The position numbers were made by a program, and so were the translations under genes. From Chrysomallon squamiferum (taxonomy: Eukaryota > Animalia > Mollusca), in contig CM022678.1 in NCBI GenBank assembly GCA_012295275.1, positions 2,790,001 through 2,854,000 of the forward strand: 64,000 nt of DNA. The letters are read 5' to 3'. Below, one piece after another: positions 1-13,486 of this stretch. Position 1 is the stretch's first letter; the number at the start of each line of letters is the position of its first letter. The notes below the pieces were generated by a model. The model did no database searches and was not told the DNA's origin. It worked only from the letters and a program-made list of their open reading frames with translations.

Positions 1-2516
1 TCTCGTTAGCGGATTGCTTCACAAGGGTTGATATCTTTTAACACTATTCTGATCAGACTTTGTTTTTGGTAGACCTTATAACAGTTATTGCAAAATAATT
101 AAATAAAAAAAAATACAAATAAATAAATAAAACGTGATTATTGTTTATCATCTTATTTATTACTGTTGTTCTTATTGTTGTTTTTGTTTTTTCATCGTTA
201 TCATCATTATTATTGTTGTTGTTGCTATTAAAGTAATTATTCATTACCAGATACTATGCTGTGAAATGTATAAGCACTGTCTTGCTAAAAACTGCTGATG
301 AAAGAAGGGAATCATGTGATTATGCCACGGAAAACAGAGTGCTGTTTGATGATAATAACTGATCCTGCCCCATGAATATGAAGAAAAAAATCACAAATAT
401 ATAAATTAATTAACAATTTAATTTTTTTTTATTACATTAAATAATACAATGTTCATTGTTTTTATATTTCCAACTTACAAACTCACCACACAATGTACAG
501 TAACAAAAAAAACAAACAAAAAAACCCTATTTATATTGCTTATAAGTGATACTGAATGATACATTAAAAAAATGATGTCTATTAACTGTCAAGATCTCTA
601 AACTGATGAGATTGAAAATACATTTTTTTAAATTATTTAAGAGATAAACACTTTAATATACAACTGAATTAGAAACTCACAGGAAAGAAAAACTAAAATG
701 TGTTTTCAGTAGGTCTCAAGCATTATCTGTATTAATAGAGAAAGAAAACAACCTATTATAAAATCAAAAATAAGTTGAGGAAGAAGTAATAGCTTTTTAC
801 AGATCATTATATAGTAATTAGAATACTGATTTTACTAACAAAGTTCTCAACAGAATACTTAATAACTAGAGTAGCCGGACTAGATGATACTATATCAAAA
901 CTGGTGGATGGAGTATTAGAGAATAAAGAAATTACTAATGTTTTAACAAAAATAAATAATTTAAAGTCACCAGGAACAGATGGATACATTGCTGCATTCA
1001 TGAAATTGTTTTGATCTGATACCAAAATTTGTTTATCTTTTTTCTTCATTGCCAAATCCAACAGATTCTTTCTTTAAAAAATATCAGTTCATTTTGAAAA
1101 AAAAAAAGACCAATAAAATAGCTAGAAAACTTTATTTCAGGATTATCAAAATGGTGGTTTAAGAGCAATAAATGTTAAGTCATTTTGTTATGCATGAACA
1201 AATAACATTGATCAAAAGTATGTCTTTTGAGTAACTGGTTTCAGTCTAGAGATTCAGTGACATTAGTTTTGGGGTCAAACTACAGTGAAGAAAAATTGCT
1301 GATAGGCACAAATCCCTTTTGGAAAAATGTATTACTTTACAGGGTCAAATTTTAAAGGAAAATGTGATGTGACAAGGGACAAGGCAATACTGATTACCTA
1401 TTTGCTGTAACTCTGTTATTAAAACTGATAATAAATGTGTTATTGTAAGACATTGGCCAATAAAGGAATTTTATTTTTGAAATATCTGTTTGTTAATGCC
1501 ACAGACTTATTTATGATGAATTCTCTAAAAAAAATAACTTCAGAGTGGCTTGATGCCAGCAGTTAAAATACATAAATGCTTTTTACATACTGACCAGATA
1601 ACATTACAAATTCTTGGAATTCCTAACTGTCTAGAAGATCTGCTTAAAAACAAAGGTGTGTAAAACAAATTCTGCAATGATTGGTTCATAGAAATAACTT
1701 CAAAACAAATGCAAGTAAAATGGCAGCATATTTTTGATGTAGAATTCTGTGACAATAGATGGAAAACCTGGCTATGGACACGGGGCTCACATACTTTCAG
1801 TACAAGATCTTGTTATATATCTTAACAACACATAAACATTTGGTATCGGATAAATGTGAATTTTGAAATATGTTTAGTCAAGATATAAATCACATTGCTT
1901 TGGTTATGAAAACATGTTCAGGCATTTTGGAACACTGTTATAAACTGGATATTTTTGAGAACAAAAGTGACACTTGAAATAACTGCACAAACAATTATTT
2001 TTGCCAACCCAACTTGTTCTGAAAAAGACAATATAATCAATTTAAATATTGTTAATTGCCAAGCATTTTAACTGGATTCCTAAATTTTTTGAATATGTAT
2101 TAAATAAATATATTTGTAAGATAACTAACAGAACAATTAAATTTGAAAAAAAAAAAAAAAAAAAAAGGAATATTTGGACAAAATGATTATCATAAAATGT
2201 AAATAATGTCATAACTGTTTAGGGTAGAAAATGCAAAAATATGCAAAGATGATTTGAAGAGTTCTGAATTTTAACACATTAATTAACTTTATATTTTGTT
2301 ATATAAGCATATATTAGTCACACTACATATTATACACTATATTCTGTGGGAAGAAAAATACTTTATATTATTTCAAATCATATTTTTGCATTAAACTAAG
2401 AAGAGCATCTGTCATTTTCCCAAATCTGTCAAATATTTGTCTTCTTTCTTCTCTCTCTTCATTCTTCCTCTCTTCTTCTATCTTAAATCTATTTTGTTGT
2501 TCAGCCTGCAGCAGCT
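1..2516 (+). repeat. Segmental direct duplicate of 13854-16381 (runs off the left edge of the window)
   Basis: Near-identical from 'tctcgttagcggattgcttc' (1 / 13854) to 'cctgcagcagct' (2516 / 16381). Paired ORFs 807-1061 / 14674-14928 and 1540-1755 / 15407-15622 are almost identical. Confidence 0.95.
590..2205 (+). mobile_element. Degenerate L1/Tx1-type LINE ORF2 relic with the RT core deleted
   Basis: Broken translation gives KSPGTDGYIAAFMK at 964 (pre-RT KSPGPDG motif), followed within about 150 nt by a post-RT 'ARK..FQDYQNGGLRAINVKSF' block. A zf-RVT-like 'ILTTHKHL..SDKCEF' remnant lies near 1815-1865. There are many stops, and boundaries are approximate. Confidence 0.7.
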
Positions 2517-3195
2517 ACTGCTACTATTACTACTACTATAAACTACTGCTACTGTTACTACTACTGTAAACTACTGCTACTGTTACTACTACTATAAACT
2601 ACTGCTACTATTACTACTACTGTAAACTACTGCTACTATTACTACTACTGTAAACTACTGCTACTATTACTACTACTGTAAACTACTGCTACTGTTACTA
2701 CTACTATAAACTACTGCTACTGTTACTACTACTGTAAACTACTGCTACTGTTACTACTACTGTAAACTACTGCTACTGTTACTACTACTATAAACTACTG
2801 CTACTGTTACTACTACTGTAAACTACTGCTACTGTTACTACTACTATAAACTACTGCTACTATAACTATTACTACTACTATAAACTACTGCTACTATAAC
2901 TATTACTATAAACTACTGCTGCTGTTACTACTACTGTAAACTACTGCTACTGTTACAACTACTATAAACTACTGCTACTATTACTGCTAATACAAACTAC
3001 TGTTACTGTTAGAATTACTATAAACTACTGCTATATACTACTTCTATTATTAGTACTGCTATAAACTGCTACTATTACTACTACTACCATAAACTGCTAC
3101 TATTACTACTACATAATTATTACAATTATTCTCGCTGGAATCAGTACCACAACTATTACTACTCCTACTACTATTACTATAATTACCACTATTAC
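2515..3195. repeat. ~27-bp minisatellite (actactgctactgttactactactataa-like), degenerating 3'; inverted counterpart at ~21240-21780
   Basis: Visible tandem periodicity; the reverse-complement array is seen at 21.2-21.8 kb. Confidence 0.9.
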
Positions 3196-3225
3196 TACTC
3201 TTTATCTTCATTTTGTTAATATCAG

Positions 3226-5033
3226 ACAGGAAATTCAGGAGCAGAAACTCGAAGAGGCACTACATCAGAAAAGACAACCAACAGAGAATGTTCCCATCAG
3301 CAACATTATCATCAACAGCCTGAAGGAAAACATCATCATCATCGTCAACAACAACAGCACCATCGACAGAATATGGCACAAAGTGGTTAAGTATCTCAAA
3401 ATTCACAGAGAAAATTTGTTAAACTTTTTTTCCCCAAAAGTGTGTCCTCATTCTGTTATCAATACCTGAATTTAATAATTTTTGAGATGAAGATACAAGA
3501 ATGAATATTTTGCGATATCTCAAACATGAGTGGTTCAAGAAATGGACACCAGTTGATCAGGTCACTCTCTTTGGTAAGCTAGGAGACATTTTGATCAGGA
3601 GCATGAACAAAAATCAAGGAAATATTTTGTTGGTATTTAATGAATATTGAATTGTACTTGTTGTGATATGAATGAATAAATTTCCAAAAATTGTTTACAC
3701 TTTCAAATCAGTATTTCTGTATTTGGGAACATCACATAAACAGTATACTTACCCCTCACTAGTGCAGTTGTGACATCATAGCCTGTACAATGGAATGTAG
3801 ACTGATTGTTTCTGATGCTTGAACAAATTTACTGTAAATTACTCCACATTGCTGTAAATGCAGAGAAATGGTAGAATTGAAATGTTTTTCATTTTGTTTA
3901 TTTAACTGAGATATATATATATGTATATATTATTATTATTATTATTATTGTTATTATTTCCTTATTTACATAGTATTTTATTTATTTTGTTATTAACATT
4001 TTTTTTTACTTATTTATTTATTTAATTTTTTTTTTTTAATATATTTTATTGTTTCTTCAGTTGTTTGATTGTTTGATTGTTTATTTATTTATTAATGTAA
4101 AAAAAACACCTGGGATTCTTTTCCTTTTTTTTCCTCATTTATTATTTGTTCTTTATTTATTTTTTAGTATTTCTTTAAGCATAATGTTATTGAAAAAAAC
4201 CCCATCTATATTATTAATAATTCTGTGATTTTAATTATCTGTTTGAATCCTGTCTGTGTTTTAGAAAGTCCAGCAATGTTCACTATGGAAGAATACACAA
4301 CTAACAATGGAGTAGACATCATCTGCTACATTGGTGACATCACACAAGCTGCTGCTGATGGAATAGTGACTGGACAAGGCTGGGATTTGACAAAACCTGG
4401 TTTGGTGACAGAGGCACTTTGTGGTTCTGCACAGATTCAACCTGCAGACTTCAGTAAAATTATCATTGGCCTACATAAAAGTAAACATCTAGAGACAGGA
4501 GATATTTGCTGCCTTTCACCTCGAGAGCATCACATCAGACTGAAATTCAAAACAGTAATTATGGCTGGTGTCTTACACTTTAAGGCTGCATGGACTAAAA
4601 GTCAATGGAAACATGAAATGGAAAGTCTGTATATAAAAATCTTAAATACGGCAAATGAAGAAAGATTAGAGTCAGTTGCTCTGCCTCTCCTAGGTTGTGG
4701 TAAGTGTAATCAGCTTCACAGCTATATTCAAATGATTGTTACATAATTCTTAACAATTAGCTTGTAACATTCTATTGTGTTTGGTGACAGTTTATTATGT
4801 GTTTGTTGACTGGCAACAATTAACTAGCTGTAGTGATAGTGAAATATCTGTATCATGATAATTTAGTATCTCTATGGTGATTGGTAATAGTCAAATATGA
4901 ACTGAAGAAATATTTGAAAAGAAAATTGTAACATACATATCTACATTAAAATACAAATTAAATATTTAAAGTTATTTAAAATACCACTTAGATATGAAAA
5001 TGAAATAAGATGTGACACACTATGAAAAGGTAT

Positions 5034-5065
<32 letters not shown>

Positions 5066-5314
5066 TTTGGACTCACAGGATCTGCTGAAGTTCCTTTGTC
5101 TGTTGCTGCTGAAGCTCTTGTAGCAGCTTTGTTGAAATACAGAACAAAATGTCTCTCTAAGGTGTTCGTGGTCTCAACTGGTGGAAACACCCATGGAGAG
5201 ATAATCAAGCAACTGGAGAATTTTTTTACAGCAGAAAGTGGACCAAGAAACAAAACTGAATCAACCAGAGTACAAGAAGAATTAGCGAGTAAGGGTGTAA
5301 CCGAAGATTCTTGA
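3226..5314 (+). CDS. G1: single-macro-domain protein ending in only the terminal helix of a Deltex DTC domain. Exons 3226-3385, 4265-4699, 5079-5314; candidate ATGs at 3373 or 4276.
   Basis: Macro motifs YIGDITQ..ADGIVT and SVALPLLGCG|SAEVP with a phase-1 GT-AG intron at the Gly. The C-terminus TRVQEELASKGVTEDS matches the last exon of G5 (TRVQEELASKGVT). The upstream His/Gln-rich exon splices in frame (less certain). It is an inverted paralog of the G3 5' half. Confidence 0.7.
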
Positions 5315-7357
5315 AAACTTATAGAAGTGTAACACATGATTACTAACAGCAAAATGTATGAGTTATAAAAATGTAACATGTTTGATAAAAGTGTAACACG
5401 ATTACTAACAGTATAATATGATTTATAGAAAAACGTAACTTCATTTATAAACGTTTAACCTGATTTATAAAAATGTTACATGATCTATAAAAGTTTAACG
5501 TGATTTATAAAAGTGATAAAAGAATCAGGTAGTCAGAATTGCAGTTTAGATGCATCTTCTAAATAGAATGTGGCTAAAAATTGTTGATACTGTTCTCAGA
5601 TACATAATAATGAAAGCATTTCCACAGCTGAAATTTGTTTGTTTTTTTGGCTTTGAAAACTTTCTGTTGAAAGTTACTGTTTAAAATAATCATGGAAAAG
5701 TCATCATTTATTAAAATCATTTATTTTTTGTAATTTCTAAACTTTGACTGAACTGTGACATCCAGAATTTTATAGTTGAATATCACCTTGTTTAAAAGTG
5801 AACATTGTTTAAAAATCTTTTTTAAAACTGAATATTGTTAAAATTCTTGTCTAAAACTGAACATCATTTGCAGTTGTAATTATCATCATCATTATTATTA
5901 TTATTATTGTTATTATTATTATGTTCAGTATTATTTTTGTTGCTGTTATTATTATTGTTATTACAGTCAGTATTATATTTTCAAGTCTGTGGTTTAAAAT
6001 ACACAAAACCCTCTTTTAATGGTCTGTAAAGTTATATTATTTAAATTTTTATGTTTTATTAATAGTAATCTTTTATTCTATATCAGTAATAGATTTCTTA
6101 GTTGCTTTTCTTTCTTTTCTTCTTTTTTTTTTGTGTATGTTTTTATATATATATATATTAGGTCGAGTGAGAATCTTTTATACAAAATGCATGTGATTGG
6201 ACAGGTTTCGTATTTCAGAATATAAAGAGTCAGCATGAGAATAGAATACACATCTAAATCCAAATTCCGATTTATATTTCATATAGAGCTTACAAGTAGT
6301 CTACTGGACTTTTTATATAAATATTTTTTTTATAATTTTATAGTTAAAAAAAAGTTTTGTGTTCGTAAAACTGTCTGACAGATATGGTAATTTCTGCTAC
6401 TTGGAAAATATTACAGATTTTGGAATTTCACACAGTTCATGTGTGTGAAGGCTGTCTCCTTAATATCACGAAATCAAAAAAAAAAAAAAAAAAGGTTTAA
6501 ACATTTCCAGTCACAAGCATTCCATTTTTCCGTACAGTATAATTTACTGAGTAAACAGTAATAGCATTAACATTATATTTTATTGTGTGTTGGAATCCAT
6601 ATTCTGTGTGTATACGTAAGTGCTGAAGTTCACATTGTAGTTATATATTGTACACACACAACACACAAACACACACACACACATATCCAAACATACATAA
6701 CCATATACAGATGTATATATACACACACACAAACACATGTGCATGCAAACCTATACACACACAGATGACACACTTTTATCATATATAAACACTTATAATC
6801 CCAACATAAACACTTGAACATACATTCACATACACTACAATATTTACATTGCAGACCAACTAAGCTTTGCTGCAAGCACATATACATACACACACAAACA
6901 CATATATATACATATGCACAAACTCACATACACAAATACATACATACACCTATATATATATACACACACACACATACATACACATATATATTTGACCAGA
7001 AATATAAGAAGAGTTTCTGAATACTGTGATGATTTGTTTTTTTAATGTTTGTGATTATTTTTGCATTAAAAGCTTTTTCAAATTTTAAATGGTTTTTTGT
7101 TTTTGTTTTGAGGGTTAACATTTAATAATAATGGTAGTAGTAATAGCTGTAGAAGTAGTTTAAATTACCAGGGATCACTGATATAAAAGATATAAAAGAC
7201 CCCAGACGTTTTAAGGAAGTATTATTATTTATACATCATTTATACATGATCGTAAGAAATTTAAAAATAAATCTGTCAATTATCAAGTCAATGCAGACAT
7301 GAGACAACTGGTCAGCAGTTTTTAATATATTGTCAATCACAGGTAGAAGATTTTTCT

Positions 7358-8526
7358 TCATTTACTCTCTCCCTGAGGCTGACTGCCTGTGATCATGCCG
7401 TAGACGGTGATACACGTGGGACAGACATGCTTGAAGTGGTTAAACCAGTATTCTATGCAGTCTTTACAGAACGTGTGACCACATTTGTCCAGTGTTGTGG
7501 GATTGGTCAGCGTGTCCATGCAAATAGCGCACGATTCCTCTTGCTTCTTTTCAGAGGTAGAAGATTTTTCTTCATTTACTTGTCTGCTGCCTGGCAGATT
7601 CTTTGTCATTTCATCTCGGCCATAATACGAGAACTCTTCTTTGAAAGCTGGCAACGCAGGTTCTGACTTCCATCTCTGCTGGGTACCACTTCTTTCTTCA
7701 GGATTAATCTTTGACACATCCGTTCTGTCGAAATCATTTTCATCATGCTTCCTGCCTTGCACAGTCGCTGAGTTTGCATCCTGGTAATACTCTGAAGAAA
7801 AAACTCTCAACGGCTTTCCTGAAGTTAATTCAGGTACAGATATCCACCTTTTCTGCTCGGTGATTCTTCTTTTATTTGTGCCGATATCATTGTTGTCAGA
7901 TAAAACATCTCTCTGTGAATGTTTTCTGTCACTGCTGTAATCACCTGCACCATCGCGACTTGACTCATTCTGTTTCACGTTACTCCAGTAACCAGGCGAC
8001 TCTGCTTGCGCCAAATCTGGATTTTTGTCTGGGCTGTCAAAAACAGGAGAATCGCGGCTTCTAGAATCTTCTTTCTGCATCTTCCTAACCTTCTGGCTGG
8101 TCATTTCAATCTGCTGGATTTCTTGGAAGATCCGGTTTTCACATTTTTCTACAATCTTAGAATGGACGTGATCTTCAAAGCTGACAACGTGGACAGTTTT
8201 CAGACGCCTTGGCTTGAAGTCAAAGAGAGATTTTACTAAAGCATCTGCAGCAAGATCAACAGAGGCGCCTGATCGTCCTGCACAAAGAAAACAGACGTGT
8301 TTTGACTCTGAATTTATACTTCTACATGGTTAAGCACCAGAAGCTAGAACTAAGATATGTAGTAACTAATAATAATGAAAACAAGTCTGAACAACTCTCC
8401 TCTCCTTTTCTCTCACTCACAAACACATTCTCACTCATTCTTACCAACGCAAACACCAAAATCACTCTTTCTGACTTAATTCACCCACAAACATGTACAC
8501 ATTCACACACTCACAGACATACTAAC

Positions 8527-8562
<36 letters not shown>

Positions 8563-11500
8563 TAACATGTTTGCATATATTTCTAAAACAGATAGCTACA
8601 CAAATAGATAAACTGACATACAAACACACACTAAACACACACTCACTCACACATACACACAGACTGACATGTTTGCATATATTTCTAAAACAGATAAACT
8701 TACACACACACACAAAAAAGACACTGGAACACACATTCACATGCGCACACATACATACTTCCAGTCATCACAGAATAACCTGACTCTTACCAGAGCCTAA
8801 CTGTGGTATAGCAACCGACTCCAGCTTTTCTTTCTCCACTTCGTGCAAAATTCTCGTGTACAAGTTTTCCGTGTGATACTTCCATTCCTCAGCAGCAGAT
8901 GCCTGCCTCATTCTCAAGACAATAGCTAAAAATATCACCTTGAAGTTCAGTCTGATTCCGCAGGTTCTGGTATCTAAACTGTAAACATTTCCGCTCTCCA
9001 GATCGGTGCAGCCATATTTCTCGATAACCTTGACGCCTAGGTCACTGTATTCAATACCTCCTCGACTACAAAGTGATTTTGTTACCATGCTAGCATTTGT
9101 CATTCCGTAGCCTTCCCCAGTGACTATCCCTTCTGCCTTCCCCTGTGTAGTGACAGCAAGGCCGTTACTATCATGTAATCTTTCTTGTTGAAGAACTGAG
9201 CCTGGGATCTGTGACGTCGCCCTTGCCCTGTGCACGTGATCAGTGTCAGACTGGGATCCGTTACTCGGTTTCTCTGTCGACTCACTCGGTTTCTCTGAGT
9301 ATGTCGACTCACTCGGATACTCTTTCTTGTTGAAGAACAGACGAGGTGGCTGAATATCTGGGACCTGCTGCGGTCAACTCCATACTCTGAGTATCTCGAC
9401 TCACTCGGTTCCTCTGAGTATCTCGACTCACTCGGAGGATCAGGTTCCACTGTCAGACTGGGATCCTCTTGATACTCTATCTCGGTTTCCTCTGAGTATC
9501 TCGACTCATACTCTGAGTATCTCGACTCACTCGGTTTCTCTGAGTATCTCGACTCACTCGGTTTCTCTGAGTATCTCGACTCACTCGGATACTCTGAGTA
9601 TCTCGACTCACTCGGATTCTCTGAGTATCTCGACTCACTCGGTTCCTCTGAGTATCTCGACTCACTCGGATACTGTCGATAATTTGACTCTTTTACGTTG
9701 GGTGCCGTTGCCCTTCGGGGATATTGCGGTACAACTTCTGCTGTTATCTGTACCCTGACATCATCAGGTGACGCGCTTTTATCAGGTACAGAATAATTCG
9801 AGGGCGATGCCTCTCCAGGTAGCAAGTATGTTCTAGCAGCAGATCTGTCACTAATCCAGTTTTGACAGGACCGTACAAACCCAGCATGGACATCTTGTTT
9901 GAAACTGACGACAAAAACCTTTTTCAGGTATATGGGACTAAACTGAGTCAGCGACCATACCAGAGCCTCAGCAGCAATTCTCACAGGAGCACCTGCAGAA
10001 CCTAGGGATTAAAAAAAAAAAAAAAAAAAAAACAATGTCTGTTAAATCTGTTTAAAGTTAAAAGTGTTAAAACAGTTTCTGACCTTGCAGTGTAAAAACA
10101 CAATTATTTTGATGTCTTGAAATGAAAAAAAAAAAAAAAAAAAATCTGTTAGATGCACTTATATGTCATCAGATGCACTGTCACTAGTTTTTTACTTCTT
10201 TGCTCTGTGTTACAAGAATTACACACATAGATTACTCATCACACACACACACACACACACACACATACATACATACATACATACACACACATATGAAAAA
10301 TAAACTACATACTACACTCTAGTCACATAAAAAAAAAAAAAAAATACTCCTCACATTCTAGAAAAGGCAAGGCCACAGAATCACTTATACTCACAGAACT
10401 GCGAGTACTCACTGGTCACCATCCAGTCAAAAGCAAACTACTCACCAGATCCTAAGACCGGTATTGCCACTGAGTTCAGCCTGGCATTATCTGCTTCGGA
10501 AAAACTCTTCACGTACAGGTCTACTAAACTCCTTTTCCAACCTTCGATATCGTCAGCGTGAAACTGGTTCACAATAGCCACAATCACGTTTGTGAAGTGG
10601 AGGCGAATGTTAGCGTGCTTGGTGTCAATGCAGTACACTCCACCTCTCTCTTGAGCACCATACATTGACTCTATGATATTTTGAAACTCGTCACTTTCCA
10701 ATCCGGCATTTTGACAAAGAGACTTCATCACCTGGCCTCCGTAGCCAAACACTATTCCTTCGGCTTCCGTTTTTGTGATGTCGCCGTTGCAGCAAATGAT
10801 GGCGAGGTTGTTGGGTAGTGTGAACGCTGTCCGTTCCACACCTGTGTGTCTTTGTTCGCCATGTATGGAGTTCTGTGTTGCAAAGTTAGATCTTTTGGTC
10901 GAGTGATAACCGGCAAAGTGTCATTATTAACACTGTTGCCGTCTATGGAATTGTCTTTACCACACTGAAAGTGATCACAGTTTGAGATAATTAAAATCTG
11001 GTGCTCTTTTATTTATAACATACATGATTTACTTGTTCATAAAGGTTTTCAAGAATGAATATGCATTTAATATTTCATAAATGCAGTTAGTATTATTACT
11101 GGTAGTAGTGGTTGCAGTAGACTGAGTAGTAGTAGTAACGAATAAACACTTTAATAACAACAACAATGATAATAACAGTAATAATAATAATAATAATAGT
11201 AACTGTAACAATAGCAATAACAATAAAAAATAATAATATAATGATGACGAAAAACAAAATAATAAGGATAACACCAGTAATAAATAATAATAAAATAAAC
11301 AATACATGTACCAAAAACAAAGTCAGATAAGAATACTATGAATAGTGTTTGTTAAAAGATATAAACCCTCATCAAGTAGTCCGCTGTCGAGAAAAGAATA
11401 CGAAACATTCTGATTCATTCTTAACTTCAACCTTTGCGCTAGAACGTTCTGAAAGTTTAGCAGCACGTATAAAATAAAAAATATGAATAAAAATAAATTT

Positions 11501-11633
11501 TCAGAAATAAAAATAAAAATATTAAATATTGAAAAATACTTCCGTAGTCTGCGCAAACGGAACATGCAGGTGTTTGAAACAAATCTATTGCAAATCGGTT
11601 ATTCTTACTTACCCCAAAATTACAACAGCTCAT
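7358..11633 (-). pseudogene. G2: inverted, truncated copy of G4 (macro-macro-RING, DTC lost). Exons 11633-11613, 10964-10446, 10001-8791, 8277-~7367.
   Basis: Near-identical to the reverse complement of G4. Exon 2 is 519 nt versus 520 nt (1-nt deletion near 10893). Exon 3 is scrambled and frameshifted at ~9120-9480. It ends QPQGESK* just after the RING (CAIC..CGHTFCKDC..CPTC). Confidence 0.85.
9380..9672 (-). repeat. 27-bp coding tandem repeat (PSESRYSE[K/Y/E/N]); about 8-9 units here versus about 3 in G4 (26331-26420)
   Basis: Unit ccgagtgagtcgagatactcagagaaa is visible on the minus strand and in ORF 9124-9984. Confidence 0.9.
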
Positions 11634-11719
11634 AGTGTCTATATTTTCATAACTGTTTATGAAAATATTTAAAGGAAGTACACAAAACATGTAATTCTAT
11701 GCTACTTGAAGATTTCACT

Positions 11720-11731
11720 ACTTTCGGTTTC
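11720..11731 (-). promoter_or_regulatory. ISRE/IRF-E-like motif (GAAACCGAAAGT on - strand) upstream of G2
   Basis: ACTTTCGGTTTC on the + strand, about 90 nt upstream of the first-exon ATG. Confidence 0.6.
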
Positions 11732-12324
11732 GTTAAAATGGCTAGCTTTTCCTGTGACAATTCGTACTATACTATTATCTAATCGACTGATGTGATTTAA
11801 ACATTTTGTAACGTTTCAATTATTTTATATTACCATTATTATTATTATTATTAGTAGTAGTAGTAGTAGTAATAGTAGTAGTAGTAGTAGTAGCAGTAGT
11901 CGTAGTGATAGTGGTGGTCAAAGCAGCAGCAGCACAGGATTTTTATTTATTTATCAATGAATCTTAAGCTAGATATTTGATAACACATAAAAAGGAACGA
12001 TCCCTTGACCAAACACATCTCATGCTTCTGTTTTCAACTGTAACAACTATTAACAACAACATAAACTCGGAGGAATATTTTAAGTAATGTGGAAGAAGAC
12101 AAAAATATGTGAGAGGGTTTCGAATGGTCGGATTTATACGGATGCAAAGATTTCTTTCATACTACTACTATTACTACTACTACTACTACTACTATTATTA
12201 CTTTTACTACTACTGCTAATGATAATAATAATAATAATAAAATGTAATAATTATAAAATTAGTTTTATTATCAAAAAATAAAAAAGAAGACGTAATTATA
12301 TAAATAGGTGTGTTGGGACGACAG

Positions 12325-12503
12325 TCAGAAAACAGAACGACAGGGTTCCCTAGAGTCCCCCATTTCATATCGGTGTCTTCTCCTCCGTAGGAATAAGTAG
12401 ATAAACTGATACTAATAATCATAACTGAATTTATTATATCATGACAACCATTTTAGTAACGTAGCAGACATTTAGATAACACAAGTGTAACTATTGTAAT
12501 AAG

Positions 12504-12542
<39 letters not shown>

Positions 12543-12743
12543 CTTTTTTAATTGTTTTGTAATGAACCGAAGTCGTAACTGTAGTCCGAATGTTTTTATT
12601 TAGCCTGCTAAATCTCTTTGTTATTAGAGAGTAAGTAAGCAACAAAAGAAAACAGTGGTTAACAAAAAAATTAGTGGTACACTCGAAGAGCCGGATTTCG
12701 ACTTTCAGATGCCGATGAAAAATAATTAAAAATAAAAAAATAA

Positions 12744-12776
<33 letters not shown>

Positions 12777-13016
12777 TTTTAAAATCAAATAAAAAAATAA
12801 AAAATAAAAAATAAAAAAATAAAAAAATAACTACAATGAAAGCTAAACCGTATTTCTTCGAGAAATATTATTGTTATTATTGGATAAGATATTAATTATT
12901 GTATTCATGCTAAATAACAGCCGAACAAACAATAACAAAGAGGTTTAGCAGGCTAAATACAAACATTCGGTCTACAGTTACGACTTCGGTTCATTACAAA
13001 ACAATTAAAACGCGCG

Positions 13017-13071
<55 letters not shown>

Positions 13072-13248
13072 TATTACAATAGTTACGCTTGTGTTATCTA
13101 AATGTCTGCTACGTTACTAAAATGGTTGTCATGATATAATAAATTCAGTTATGATTATTAGTATCAATTTATCTAGTTATTCCTACGGAGGAGAAGACAC
13201 CGCTCTGAAATGGGGGACGCTCGGGAACCCTGTCGTTCTGTTTTCTGA
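12325..13248. repeat. Imperfect palindrome: ~300-bp arms (12325-12625 and 12931-13248) around a ~305-bp spacer; weaker similarity extends to ~11320 and ~13930
   Basis: The arms are reverse complements, including the (GT)n(GC)n tract and 'ccgaagtcgtaactgtag'. Confidence 0.9.
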
Positions 13249-13476
13249 ATCCCGCCCCTATACATACATACATATGATTAAGTCTTTATAATAATAAAAC
13301 TATACTTATTACATTTTATTATTATTATTATTATTATTCTACAAATTCCGCTGCTGTTACTACTACTACTAATAATAATAATAATAAATAACTGTAACGA
13401 TACAAAATGTTTAAATGAAACCAGTCGATTAGATAACAGTTGGTACGAATTGTTGCAGGAAGTTAGCTATTTTACC

Positions 13477-13486
13477 GAAACCGAAA
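13477..13486 (+). promoter_or_regulatory. ISRE/IRF-E-like motif GAAACCGAAA in a third, diverged copy of the G4 promoter (12630-13930)
   Basis: Paralogous position to 24130. The downstream mini-exon has ACG in place of the G4 ATG and keeps the gtaagt donor. Confidence 0.5.

Larger units (their letters stand above)
7367..12625 (-). repeat. ~5.2-kb inverted segmental duplicate of ~23233-28250
   Basis: Exons, introns, microsatellites and promoter are all mirrored (for example ORFs 11323-11565 / 24296-24538 and 12216-12422 / 23436-23642). Confidence 0.95.

Noticed and set aside
5325-5525. Short degenerate tandem repeats (tgatttataaaagtgtaaca-like) in the G1 3' region; similar small arrays at 18290-18390, 40835-40920 and 54963-55030
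   Set aside because: They are ordinary local slippage duplications with no evidence of function.
6019-7121. Many short ORFs rich in H/T/Y/I or C/V/M, with similar ones at 8.3-8.8, 11-12.4, 22.2-22.6, 43.1-43.6 and 60-62 kb
   Set aside because: They are translations of (CA)n, (TACA)n, (TAA)n and (TTTA)n microsatellites with no protein-like signal.
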